From positions 186,001 to 250,000 of the forward strand of contig CAUYUJ010000248.1 of NCBI GenBank assembly GCA_963575745.1: a DNA stretch of 64,000 bases, read 5' to 3'. This document shows positions 1-12,790 of this stretch, piece by piece. The stretch comes from Prorocentrum cordatum. Its lineage: Eukaryota. The notes beneath the pieces were generated by a model, which was given only the letters and a program-made list of their open reading frames with translations, was not told the origin of the DNA and did not search any database. The first letter of the stretch is position 1, and each line of letters starts with the position of its first letter. The position numbers were made by a program, and so were the translations under genes.

Positions 1-664
1 GTTCGGGCTCTTCGTCCTGGTGTGAGTCGTTCGGGCTTTTCGTGGTGTGAGTTGTTCGGGCCCCTCGCTTGCAGCCCGCGCCCAACTTGATTGGCGAACC
101 TGCCTCTCAGGTGCAGCTCAAGCCTGCGAGCCTGAGCAGGGTATTGACTTGTGCCCCGTGGGCTCCGAGCAAAGCAAATAAAAAAGGTGGACGGTTTACC
201 GCCAGCGCCCAGTGGCAGCCAGTCCCGTGGGACGCTCACTGCACAACTTCTCGGGAGAGATCGCTGGATCGTCGACGTCGTCGTCCATGGAATCGTCGTC
301 GTCGAAGTCGTCGTCGTCATCGTAATCGTCGTCGTCATCGTCGTCGTCGCCGTCATCGTCTGAGACGTCGCCGTCATGTGAGTCGTCTGACTCGTTCACG
401 TGTATGACTCGACGACGACCGCCCTCTGTCTTGCCTCCCATCGCCTTGTCTCCCTCCTCCTCGTCCGACTCGTCCTCCCTCCGCTCCCCCCACAAGGAGC
501 ATGTAGAAGGAGGCAGGAAGAAGAAGGAACAGGGGATATATGCGAGGGCAGGCGGAAACACGCATGAAAACACGACGGTCGGCATGCTTCGCGGGAGTTG
601 CTGTTTAGAGATGGGCTGGCGGGCTTCGTCAGAAAGTAGCAGCAGGAGCAGTAACACTAGGTTG

Positions 665-2407
<1,743 letters not shown>

Positions 2408-2408
2408 G

Positions 2409-2978
2409 TGTTTTTTTCGGAGCCTCTTGGAGGCCTTTTGGGGCGTCTTGGGGGCCTCTTGGCGGCCCCAGGGGCTTCTAGGAGCGTCTTGGGTGCCTTG
2501 GGGGAGCCTCTTCGGGCCTCTTGGGAGCCTCTTGGAGGCCGTTTGGGGCGTCTTGGGGGCCTCTTGGCGGCCCCAGGGGCTTCCAGGAGCGTCTTGGGTG
2601 CCTCGGGGGAGCCTCTTGGGGCCTCTTGGGGGCCTCTGGGGGGCATCTTGGGGGCCTCTTGGAGGCCTCTTGGGGCCTCTTGGGGCTCTTTGGGAGGGGT
2701 CTGGGAGGTATCTTGGGGCCATCTTTCGGGCGATCGATCATAGATGGGGCGAGCATTTTTCTCCCTCCCCCCGTCGGGGCCAGAATCCTCGTGAGGGGTG
2801 TCGAATTTTAGCCCTCCCAGGAGTCGAAAAAGACCCCCCCAACCACCCGCGGAACGCCCTCTCCAGGCCCAGGGGGAGGGGGTAGGGGGAGGGGTAAACC
2901 CCTCCCCGAAAGGGAAGAAGGGGGTTGAGAACAGAGCGGGCTCTCTAAACCACTCACGCCCAAAGGGCTGGTGGGATT
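2409..2978 (+). mobile_element. Non-autonomous dispersed element with GGGGCCTCTT internal repeats and hairpin+ATT end
   Basis: Decamer repeats, ending gccc-aaa-gggctggtgggatt. The same end occurs inverted at 48745; related internal repeats lie at 33225-33985, 55540-56200 and 58130-58837. Confidence 0.7.
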
Positions 2979-4386
2979 CAGCTCTAGCAGATGATTGACC
3001 ATGGCCATGCGCACGCCAGTGGGCCGCCTCCACCTGCGCTTAGGGCTGAGGCTGCTCTGCTTGTCAACTGAATTATGCCAGACGTGCGCTGCTGCGGTTT
3101 TCTGCTTAGGACCAGCGGCGAGGACCATGAGCCAAGAGTCTAGCACGTTACAAACTGCAGAACAAGCCGGATCCCGAGTCCCCAGCTCTAGTTGCAGCAA
3201 CGTGTCCAGGCATCTACCTCGCACGCGAGGTGATACTAGCTTCCCCAGAGACCTGCGCCACACAAAAAGGTTGGAAAGGGTGTATCTAAACACCTTGGCG
3301 CTGAACTCGACTCTGGGGATCACACCTCGGCGGACGATGGTCGACCCTCCTGGTCTGGCCTTACGTCCACAACTGGCAATGGCTGCCGTTCTCCTGACCT
3401 GCCTGACTGAAAATCTGCCTAGCCTGCGCATTGGGTCTAGCAGCTGCTACCTGGCCTCTGTCTAGCCAAGGTCTGGAGCGGTGACGCGGGGCTTCGAAGG
3501 GATGCCAGCTCGCTTGAGCTTCCGAACAACGTCGAGCAGCATTCCTTTCGTCATTGCCGATGATGCTGGATTTGTTCGAAATTCGACGGCCCTCGATAGC
3601 GCAGGCATCAGCAAAGTTCTTGCCTGCTCCCACCAGGCCTTCAACAATGGTACTGCGATGGCCCTGGATGCGGTTGTTGATATCGGCAACCCATGACGAC
3701 ACCTCGACGGATCTGTACCGACTAGAAATGGTTTCCTACATGTCGTACAACCCTACTCTGCCGAAGTCCACCCCCCTTTCCTCGCCTCCGCCACTATACT
3801 GATAAATGGCAGGACGGGAAGAGTGTGCGCCCTCCGCTCATGCAGCAGCCAGGGCGCGAGGTACAGGAGATATTCCAACAACAGGGCGCGCGCAGGCAGA
3901 CCGAGCTGGAGTCCTTTCTCTATCGCGTGATCCACATGGAGAGTGTCGTAAAATTCTAAACGGTCCCAGAGTACCGAAGCTGTTTTCACGTCAACGAGGG
4001 GTCGGGTTCTCAAAGCACAGCTTCGTCAGAAAAAGTTCGAAGCCACACACTTCTCAGGGCACCGTTTCCTGCGACTGCCGCATCCCACACCCCAGCGGCT
4101 TGCTGGGCCCATTCCGAGGTGTAGTGAGAACGGATGAAGGCCCACAGGCAGACGCCACGGGGGCCGAACATCGCAGACCAAAGTCGAGTCGAGTCGAGAA
4201 TGCGCATGCGAATCTGTACTCGAGTCGAGACAATGTCGAATTGTCTCATAAAAGAATGCTTTCCCAATGCGGTGCTTGCGAATTGAGACGTCGCTGGGCT
4301 GGGCAGTCTGAACGAGCGAGGAGGTCCGTCGTGATCTCGGCATACAACCATTTGAGAGTCGATCATTTCGAACACTGGGTCGGCAT

Positions 4387-4692
4387 AGCCATCGCAGGAA
4401 GGGCCCGAATCCTATATTCATCTACCCTGAACAGCGATTATGATAGGGGCCCTCGTGTACTGTAGCAACCGGTGCCCGAGGCTTCAGAAAACAAACTGTG
4501 TACCGTGCGCATGCCACGCTTAAGATTTATGATGCGACAGCCATCGCAGGAAGGGCCCGAATCATATATTTATCTACCCTGAACAGCGATTATGATAGGG
4601 GCCCTCGTGTACTGTAGCAACCGGTGCCCGAGGCTTCAGAAAACAAACGGTGTACCGTGCGCATGCCACGCTTAAGATTTATGATGCGACAG
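4387..4692. repeat. 152-bp tandem duplication
   Basis: agccatcgcaggaagggcccg...gatgcgac starts at 4387 and again at 4539, near-identical. Confidence 0.95.
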
Positions 4693-4696
4693 GTGT

Positions 4697-5070
4697 GACG
4701 TGCCGTGCGCCCGCGTGCCGTGCGTGAGCCGTTCCGTGCCGTGCAGAGCTCAAAAAGCTGCACCGCGTGCCGTGCGAGTGCTGTGCGCGAGCCCACGCGT
4801 GGCGTGCGCGTTGCGACGGATGGGCCGTGCGCGTGCCCGCGCGTCGTGCGCGGGCGCGTGCTCTGCCGCGCCTGGGCTCCAGACTGCGAACGGTGTGCTG
4901 TGCCGTGCCGTGGTGCCGTGCATCGTGGGGCGTCGTGCGCGTGCGGTGCGGTGCGCCCGCGTGCCGTGCCGTGCGCGTGCCGTTCCGTGCTCGAGTTCGA
5001 GAATGCGAGGAACGTGCCGTGCCGTGGCCGCGTGCCGTGGCCGCGTGCCGTGTTGTGCCCGCGTGCCGTG
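4697..5070. repeat. GCCGT/GCGT-rich minisatellite
   Basis: Repeated gtgccgtgcc/gtgcgcgtgc; interrupts the retroelement. Confidence 0.9.
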
Positions 5071-5270
5071 CCAAGTCTTCAGGCAGCATGATTGCTTACG
5101 CAGCGTTTTTGGGCAGGGCCCGCATGGCGATGTAATTCAGCTTGGTGCTCCCACCTCGAGTTTTGGAAGTGACCTGTTGCCATCGATGTGCAAGAGTGGA
5201 GTGCACCTTGTCAGTGATTGCGGTTGCGGCGAGTTTCGATTCTGAACTACTAGCGCAAAGTTCATCCCCA

Positions 5271-5320
5271 TCCGTAGCCATCTGGGCTCAAGTTATGTGG
5301 GCTTAAGTTTTCGACTCAAG
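5271..5320 (+). other. Dinoflagellate spliced-leader relic with stacked degenerate copies
   Basis: tccgtagccatctgggctcaag matches TCCGTAGCCATTTTGGCTCAAG at 20/22, followed by ttatgtgggcttaag and ttttcgactcaag. Confidence 0.8.
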
Positions 5321-6294
5321 ATATGTGGGGTTAATTGTCCGAGGCTCCAGATCAGACGCCCCAGATCATTCCGATAGAGTTCCCCCCCGCGCAGAGGAAC
5401 ACTCGCGTCTTCATTGGCACAAAGCATTTACAGAGAGCAGGCTGGATAATTGCAAACCAGATACAAGGACCAACGATTTCTTTGCCCATGCCGCTGCCAT
5501 CGAAGTGTTGTTTTTGTCCGAGGCTGCTTGCATGCTCTGCCACCCGCAGTGTGCAGGTCAGTTCTTTTGGCAGAATCCGAAACAAATGCGGAGTCGTCAG
5601 TTGGGGATAAAGGAACCGTGCAGGTTACCACACGGCTTTCATAGGAGGTAAACCAAGACGGTGCATTGTCTTGTTGCGCAAATTCTCTAGGGACGCCGTC
5701 CTTGGCACACTGTGACGTCCACCATAAGGATGAGATCCAAGCAACCATCAAGTGAGCAATTTGTCGTATGCGACCCGTGCCCAGAATGCTCCGATGTTTA
5801 AACAAAAAAAGCCGCCTTGCCTGGCGTGCAGGTGTAGGTGGATCACAAAGGCGGGACCGGAGCAAAAATCACATGATAATTCGGAGTACGTGACCGCATC
5901 CCACATGTAAAGCGCTCCTACGTAACCAATCCAATCAGGGGCACTGGAGCAATTGCAAATAGCAAGCCGATTTGGGCTCGCGCCATGACATCCCATCGTT
6001 GGGCATGGTTCCCATCTGCGACAGATGCATGGCGCCAGCTTGAGCTCAATTCGAGCAGCATCTGTGCACCTTGCCACGGCCGTCACAGGCGAACCCGCGG
6101 TTATGAACTCGTGTTCGCACAGCCCGCGTGGGTTGATGTGCTTTTCGGGGAGGAGTGGCGAGACATGCTAGTGGACGAACAAAAAAGATTCGGCATTCCC
6201 CGCCAGCCCATCCGGCAACCAGAGTCCCGCTCCCCCATCGCGTGGTCTAACGCATGCTGACCTTGCTTGGCGTGGTCTTGGTGATGGGTCTGGC

Positions 6295-6468
6295 AGGAGG
6301 ACGAGGAGGAGCAGGAGGAAGAGGAGGAAGAGGAGGAGGAGGAGGAGGAGGAGGAGGAGGAGGGTGGAGGGCGGAGGGCGGAGGGCGGAGGGCGGAGGGC
6401 GGAGGGCGGAGGGAGGAGGAGGAGGAGGAGGAGGAGGAGGAGGAGGAGGAGGAGGAGGAGGAGGAGGA
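6295..6468. repeat. (GGA)n with GGCGGAG heptamer repeats
   Basis: Direct reading. Confidence 0.95.
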
Positions 6469-7502
6469 GCCGCCGCGCGCCGCCTCCCGAGGCCCCCATC
6501 AGAGCAGGGCCGGTCGGGGCACGTCGCTCCGAGTGCGGGGCGGTATGCGCAGCACGCTCTTCTCTCGGGCTCCAGCGCCGCATCGATGACGCTTGAGAGT
6601 GACCCTTCGCCGGAGTGACCTTGGGTGCTGCGGGCTAATCTGGGTCCCCCCCGATCGCTGATGAGCGCGACGCGATAGCGGCGGTCGGCGCGCCTGGATT
6701 TGGCCACGTTGCGCCCCCTCCGTCCGCGCACCAAAGCTCACTCTTACCCAGGGTCTTGCGCGTAGTCGACCGCATGAGAAGCTCGACGGACGGGCGTTTT
6801 CGCCCCGACTTCGGCCCTTGGGGCCCTCACAGATCGATCGGGGTCGAACGGATGCCGCGGGACAACGAGGCCGGTGGCTAAGGGAAGCTCGGTCGCGGTG
6901 CAGCATTGGGCTTCAGCATGTGAGAAGCGCTCCGAAGTGACAGCTCGGGAGCCCTCCACTTGGCGGTCGATCAATGCGTTCAACGCAGGGCTCGTGCGAG
7001 AGTCGTCTGAAGACGGGGTGGTTCGCATCAGCAGTCTCTTTCCCTGTGGGATCGGATGATGTACGCCTTTCGGGCCCAGGAGACTCAGATGCTCTGCTCT
7101 CGTCCTGTGGAAACGCGGGTAGTCGGCATCGGCATAAGCAGGATTTGGCTGCAAGTGGCATTTCGGCCACTAAACGCGATCATACGTGGGGGAATCGGAG
7201 GGAGATTCCATTTCCAGCGAGAAGGACGCACGCAGTGGTCACCGGCTTGGTCACCGCAGTCGTGGTCACTGGTACGCTTGCCTAAAAGCCCCTGGCGCCA
7301 GCGAGCTTGCCCAGACCTCCCTGCAGGACGCGGAGCCACACTGGCTCGCCCAGCAGCTGCTGGGGATCAAGGCCTCCGAGCACCGCTTCTCGACAGCCTG
7401 GACAGCACTGGGGCTCGCAGCCGCCACGGATGACGCCAGCGGCCCGCCTCGGCGCTGGCGCTGGGCCACGACCCTGCGCGCCCACGCCGCCATCGACCCG
7501 CC

Positions 7503-10500
7503 ATGCGCCCAGATGCCCTCCACCGCCGCGCTCCCCGCGGCGCGCGGGCCGCGGCGGCCGGCGGAGCGGAACTACCAGAGGTCGCCCGGGCCGCGCGGTT
7601 GCGGTCCTTGGGCCGGCAGCTGCGGGGAGCTCGCGGGCCCGGCGCTGGGGCGGCGAGACCTGGACACATCCCGTGCCCCAGGCCTGGCCTGGCCCGTCCT
7701 GGGCCCAGCAGCGGTGGTAGACGCCCTCCTGGCATGGCCAGGGTCCAGGCTTGGCCAGGCCTGGGGCAGTGGATGCGTTGTGGTCTCGTCGCCCGAGGTG
7801 CTGTCGCCGGGCTCGTGCGCGAGCACCTCATCGAGCTGGCGGGGGCGCCGCCGCTCGCGGTGGTGGCGCTGCACAGGCTGGCCGCGCTGTCCCGCCCCGC
7901 GCCCGGGCGGCGCCTCGAGGCGGGAGCCTCGGGGACGGCGGCGAGCCTCGCCGACCTCCTCGGGAGCCCCGAGGCGTTGCCCCCGAAGCAGTGGGCGCAG
8001 CTGCTCTGGGCCCTGGCGCGGCTGTCGCGGCCGCTGCCGCCAGGGGCCGTTGCTGCCGCCGCCGCTCGGGCGCCGCAGCTGGTGCCCCAGAATGTCGCCA
8101 ACGTGCTCTGGGCCTTCGCGACGGCTCGCGTGGGCAGCGAGGGGGCCGCGCCCCTCGCCGCCGAGGTGCGCCGCCGCGCCGTGGAGCTCGCCCCGGAGGA
8201 GCTCGCGGCTGCGGCGTGGGCCGTGTCGCGGCTGACCATGCCTGACTCTAGGCCTCCCAGATGGGGTCCGAGCAGATGGGGTCGGAGGAGCGCGCCGTAT
8301 CGCCGACACGTCGGCGATGCGGCTCGATGTGGGCCCCGAGTTTCTCCACGCCGACGGCGCCGATGCATCGCCGACGTCGCCGATGCATCGCCGATGTATC
8401 GGCAATGCGGCGCGATCCTCCGACCCCATCTACTCGGACCTTATCCGGGAGGCCTCCACTGACACGAGCGCTGGCGAGGGCGCGCTTTCGGTGCTGACCC
8501 AGGAGGCTCTGCGCAGGGGTTGGGAGGGATTCGGCACGCAGTCGATCAGCAACGTGCTGTGGGCCGTGGGCGCGCGCGGCCCCTGCGCGGCGCCCTGGAT
8601 GGAGGCCCTGGGTCAGGGGCTGGCTGGCGGTCGGCACGGCCGCGCTGTCGCGGGTGGCCACCGGTGGGAGGAGTTCGGGACCCACGAGCTCTGCAGCATT
8701 GTCTGGGCGTTCGCCACAGCAGCAGTCGACGGAGCGCCACTATTGGCGCCCATCGTGCGCGAGCTGCCCCGGCGCCAGCTGGGCAGCTTCCATGCCCAGG
8801 AGGTCGCGGGCCTGCTTTGGGCGCTGTCGGCGCTGCGCCAGAGCGCTTGGCAAGCACTGGAGGCCGCGGGCGTGCAGCGCGCGCCCGAGCTCGCGCCCCA
8901 GAGCCTCGCCAGTATCGCCTGGGCGGCGGCGACGGCCAGAGCCTCTGCGGCGCCAGGGGGCACCGCGGGACCGCTGCTGCAGGCGGTCTCCGCCGAAGCG
9001 GTGCGGAGGGGGATGGCGGAGTGGACCGTGCGGAGCGTGGTCAACACGGTCTGGGCCGTGGCCGCGGCCTCCGCACGCGACGTGCCTGGGCTCGTGGGCG
9101 CCGCTCTCGAGGCGTTGCGGGCCGCCCGAGAGGACGAGCTGTGGACTGCGAGGCACATACCCAGCGTGGCTTGGGCCTTGGCAGTGTTGCCCGCGCGGGA
9201 CGCCGAGCTCCTGGTCACCTGTGGGGAGGCGGCCATGGTGCGGGCTCCGGAGCTGCAGCTGCGGGGGCTGGCCAACGTCGCGTGGTCGCGCGCGGCGCTG
9301 AGGCTGCCAGACGAGGCCCTCGCGCGCGCGCTGGCACGCAGCGCCCTCGGTCGGCTGGCGGCGGAGCTGCCAGCTGCGCTGGCTGCTGCGGAGGTGCCTG
9401 GCGCGGCGCCGATTCTGGCGGTGTCCCTCGCTGAGATCACGTGGTCCTTCTGCACCCTGCGCTTCGATTTCGGCGTCCCAGGGGCTGCTCGCGAGGCGCT
9501 GTTGGCGCTCGGCCAGCGCATGGACGCGGCGGCCGCGCCGGTGTGCGGCCCGGCGCTCGCACTCGGTAGCCCCGCAGAGTGGCCTCTGGGCGCGGGAAGT
9601 GAGCCCAAGGTGGTGCGGCAGGGGCCTGGCTGGTGCGTGCTGCTGAAGCCGCCCGGCTGGGAGGTCGACACCAGCGAGACGGACCGCGCCCTGACGCTGC
9701 GGCGCGGGCGGCGGCCGCTCTCCGCCTTCCTCCGCAGAGTCTCCGGGGCCGCACCTCTGAGCGGCCGGCGGGACCTGGACTTCGGCTTCCTGCACCGCCT
9801 GGACACGCCCTCCTCAGGCCTCATCGTCGCAGCGCTGTCGTTCGAGGCCCTGTTTCATCTCCGCTGGGTGGTCGCCACTCACGGGATGTCGCGGGACTAC
9901 CTGGTGCTCTGCCACGGTGCTGTGGCTGACCCGGGACTCCGCTTGGATTTCCCGGTGCGCGTGGACGGCGCCGGGCCCAGCGTGGTGGCTGACGACGGGC
10001 AGCCAGCCCTCACCCACGTTCGCCTGCTCGGCCATTTCGGCCCGCCAGTCGCGCTGGCAGACGGGCCCAGCTTAGCCTCGTACTCGCTGTGCGTCTGCTC
10101 GATCGAGACAGGGCGCCGCCACCAGATACGGGCGCACATGACCCACGCGGGCCATCCCCTGGTCTGCGACGGGCGCTACGCGCTGGAGCGGCTGCACGAG
10201 GACCAGCGGCTGTGCCCCCGCAACTTCCCGGGTGTTGCCAGGGGCCCTGGCCCAGTTGGTGCCCCCATGATTGCTGTGGCAGGCCCAGATGGCTGCCAGG
10301 AGCACCCCTCACGGGGCCCAGAGGGCCCCAGGGGGGCTCCAACCTGGCGCGAAGCGCTTGGGGATTTCGGCACAAGTGCCAAAACCAGAAGATCAGCCCA
10401 GCACGAAACACCACATCGAATCCACGGGAAATCCGAAGGCCACCCTCGCGCGTCCACCACGCGATCGTCGTCGACACAAGCATCGAAACCATCGGGCCTG

Positions 10501-10908
10501 GGACACCGCTGGCAGCCCCCGAGCTTCCTGCACCGCTTCCGCCTGCACTGGGACGCCGCGGGCACCGTCGAGGGCCCGCTGCCGCGCGACCTGCGCGCCG
10601 CGCTGGCGGCGCTGAGGCCCGCGGACGCACGGGCCGCGGCGGCGGTTCGTGGCATCCTGAGCGGCGCGCTGCCGCGCGGCGCCGGCCCCGCGGGATGCGG
10701 CGCGCTGGGCGGGGAGCCTCATTTGCGGCGGAGCGCCGCCGCAGATCGCGACGACGGAAACGGGTCCTCCGGGTCACCCCAGGGGCGCGAAGATCATCGC
10801 GCTTCGCGCAGTCCAGCTTGGCTTGGAGAGGCGCCCTTCTCCAGAACGCCAGCGCGGGGGCGCGAAGATAACCGCGCGTCGCGGGGCGCGATGCGCGAAG
10901 TTAGGTGA
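7503..10908 (+). CDS. OPR/HPR-like helical-repeat protein fused to an RluA-family pseudouridine synthase (~910 aa after removing three insertions; termini uncertain)
   Basis: About ten W-containing repeats (PQNVANVLWAFAT, TQSISNVLWAVG, THELCSIVWAFAT, AQEVAGLLWALSAL, PQSLASIAWAAAT, LRGLANVAWSRAAL). Then RluA motifs LLKPPGW, GFLHRLDTPSSG (catalytic Asp 9802-9804), RDYLVLCHG, TGRRHQIRAHM..GHPLVCDGRY and, after removing an insert, CPRNFLHRFRL. Joined segments: 7503-7641, 7798-8251, 8469-10223, 10524-10908. Confidence 0.9.
7642..7797 (+). mobile_element. Introner-like inverted-repeat element forming a 156-bp GC-AG intron
   Basis: IR gggcggcgagacc/ggtctcgtcgccc plus inner catcc..tgccccaggcctggcc arms; flanking direct repeat ggcgctg/ggtgctg; GC at 7642 and AG|G at 7796-7797. 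Splicing gives RGPGAVAGL. Confidence 0.8.
8247..8463 (+). mobile_element. MITE/Introner-like element, 217 bp, 5-bp direct repeat CTGAC
   Basis: ~55-bp imperfect TIRs (aggcctcccagatggggtccgag.. / ..ctcggaccttatccgggaggcct); ctgac at 8242-8246 and 8459-8463. Removal joins the two reading frames. Candidate intron AG|GC 8252 to AG 8468, also 217 bp. Confidence 0.85.
10224..10523 (+). mobile_element. 300-bp in-frame TIR insertion splitting the RluA C-terminal motif
   Basis: cttcc at 10224-10228 and 10524-10528; imperfect ~30-bp TIR cgggtgttgccag../..ctggcagcccccg; ends cccgag. Removal gives PRNFLHR. Confidence 0.85.
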
Positions 10909-10912
10909 CCTA

Positions 10913-11092
10913 GGTCCTCCACCGGGCCCAGGACCGTCACAAAACGACTCAGGACGAAGAACTGGTCACAGCGGAGGGCCCTGTGGAACAGGAACCGTTC
11001 CCCTCAGGACCCGTGTGCTTCATGCCAAACAGAGTGCTGCGGGGGGCGCGCGGTATAGGGCGGGGCATCCTGGCGTGACTCGGTGGAGGACC
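10913..11092. mobile_element. 180-bp MITE-like element
   Basis: Perfect 12-bp TIR ggtcctccaccg / cggtggaggacc. Confidence 0.6.
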
Positions 11093-11124
11093 GGGGCGGG
11101 ACTCCGGTTTGAGACGTCCTTCCA

Positions 11125-11585
11125 GCCTCCTCATCGCCGTGCTCCTCGTCCTCCTCCCTGCTTTGCCCCCCACCCTCCTCCTGTTAGTCGTCACCCCCCT
11201 CCCCCTCCTGCTCCTCCTGCTGATCCTCCTCCTCATCCTCCTCCTCGGTCCTCGGTCCTCCTCCTCCTCCTCATCCTCATCCGTCTCCTCCTCCTCTTCC
11301 TTCTCCTCCTCCTCCTCCTCCTCCTCCTCCTCCTCCTCCTCCTCCTCCTCCTCTCCCTCGTCTTTCTCCTCCTCCTCCTTCCTCCTCTCCTCCTCCTCCT
11401 CCTCCTCCTCCGCCTCCTCCTCCTCTTCCTCCTCCTCCTCCTCTCCTTCCTCCCTCCCTCCTCCCTCCTCCTCCCTCCTCCCTCCTCCCTCCTCCTCCTC
11501 CCTCCTCCCTTCTCCTCCTTCCTTTTCCTCCTCCTCCTCCTTCATCCTCCTCCTCCTCCTCCTCCTCCTCCTCCTCCTCCTCCTC
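11125..11585. repeat. (CCT)n low-complexity tract
   Basis: Direct reading. Confidence 0.95.
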
Positions 11586-11732
11586 GATCCCCATGACTCG
11601 CCTGCTCGCCGTGCGCCACTCATCGGGTGCGGGGCCGAGCCCCCGCGGCCCGTGGGCGACGGCACTGCCGCAGGAAGCGGCGTGGCTCGTGGATGCTGCG
11701 CTCCGCTGCGGGCCTGGGCACCCGCCAGGAGA

Positions 11733-11775
11733 GGGATCGGCGGCACGTCTGTGCCACAGACGTGCCGCCGATCCC
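11733..11775. repeat. Perfect 43-bp palindrome
   Basis: gggatcggcggcacgtctgtg-c-cacagacgtgccgccgatccc (21-bp arms). Confidence 0.95.
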
Positions 11776-11879
11776 GTTGACGCCCGTTGACGTCGCGATG
11801 ATGCCGCCCCGATCTGCCAGACCGCATATGCACAGGTACGCAGAATATGTGTTGCAACGTTTGTTTCATGACCCTCTCT

Positions 11880-12790
11880 ATATTAACAGACCCACGTTGG
11901 AACCCAAGTCTGTGGGGGGGGGGAGTGAGAGGGGGCGGGCCTTGTTGAGGAGGCGGCGGGGCTTCTCAGAAGCCCTGGGCGCCTTCTGAGAAGCGTGAAG
12001 CGTCTCCAGGGAAGGCTCAGGAAGACTTTGCGGGCGGCGGTAGGCTTCCCCAGCCTTTTGAGGAGGTCCGCTCCTTCTCACTTCCCCCCTGGTCTCGCCG
12101 CCGAAGTGAGGAGGGGGCAAACATACGTTCCTGCGAAAGACGGGGGTGATTTCAGCCCATGGCCCTCACATCCTGGCCGTCGTGGTGATAAAGAACGCGA
12201 TGAATAATGTGTTTGCCTCGCGGTCTCCTTCGCTTCACGTTCTTCTCATGTTGCGTCACTGAGGGGGGACGAGAAGCGCAACGACAACGTCCAGCTCCTG
12301 TTCGAGTTGTTGGTGGTCGAGTTCCTCAGCTCAGAGCAAGTGGTCGAGGCCGTCGCGGCCCCCCCCCCGTCGGAAAATGGGTGCGGAAGCAGAAACAGCA
12401 GAAGTGTATGTGCAAGAGGGTTTGCGCCGCCGCGTGGAGCATCTCAAGCTGGCCGGTCGCCCTATCAGGACCAGATGCCATCAGTGTCTTCTTCTAGGTC
12501 GCCTGCAGGAGCGCAAATGTCAACGCGCTTCGCGGAGTTTGCCGTGGAGCCGTAAAGTTGATATTCTGCAGGAGGCGGCCTGAGAGCGCGAAGGTTGGGT
12601 GGCCTGGCTTCTTGGAGGAGGCCTACAGCCAGCTGGATCCAACATGACTCATTGCGGGGGAGGGCGTATCCCGTTGAATCGAGGAGGGGATGGCGAGCGC
12701 TGGCAGCACTCTACCAGCGTAAGAAGCCATCTCGTCCACCATTAGCGAAGGGCGATACCTCACATGTGGATCGTTGGGCGCCGCTCGATA
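11880..12790 (+). pseudogene. Possible decayed tyrosine-recombinase (DIRS-like) fragment
   Basis: SWRRPTASW...RRGWRALAALYQRKK resembles the C-terminal SLRRGGA...RGRW....RY pattern of tyrosine recombinases; heavily broken. Confidence 0.3.

Larger units (their letters stand above)
2980..5650 (-). mobile_element. Decayed non-LTR (LINE-like) retrotransposon: RT plus probable endonuclease relic
   Basis: Minus-strand fragments in the expected order: W..WDAAVAGNGALR, VLWDRLEFYD (~3945-3974), PFISIVA, SWVADI (degenerate xxDD, 3682-3693), ISNKS, PDLG, GRCLDTLL..DP. Many stops and frameshifts; the endonuclease part (5100-5650) is weak. Confidence 0.75.

Noticed and set aside
196..657. Acidic protein ORF
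   Set aside because: Driven by a (GAC)n tract; no recognisable domain.
7186..7580. Alternative upstream coding frame (ASELAQTSLQDAEPHW)
   Set aside because: Looks partly coding but could not be joined to the gene with convincing splice sites; left unresolved.
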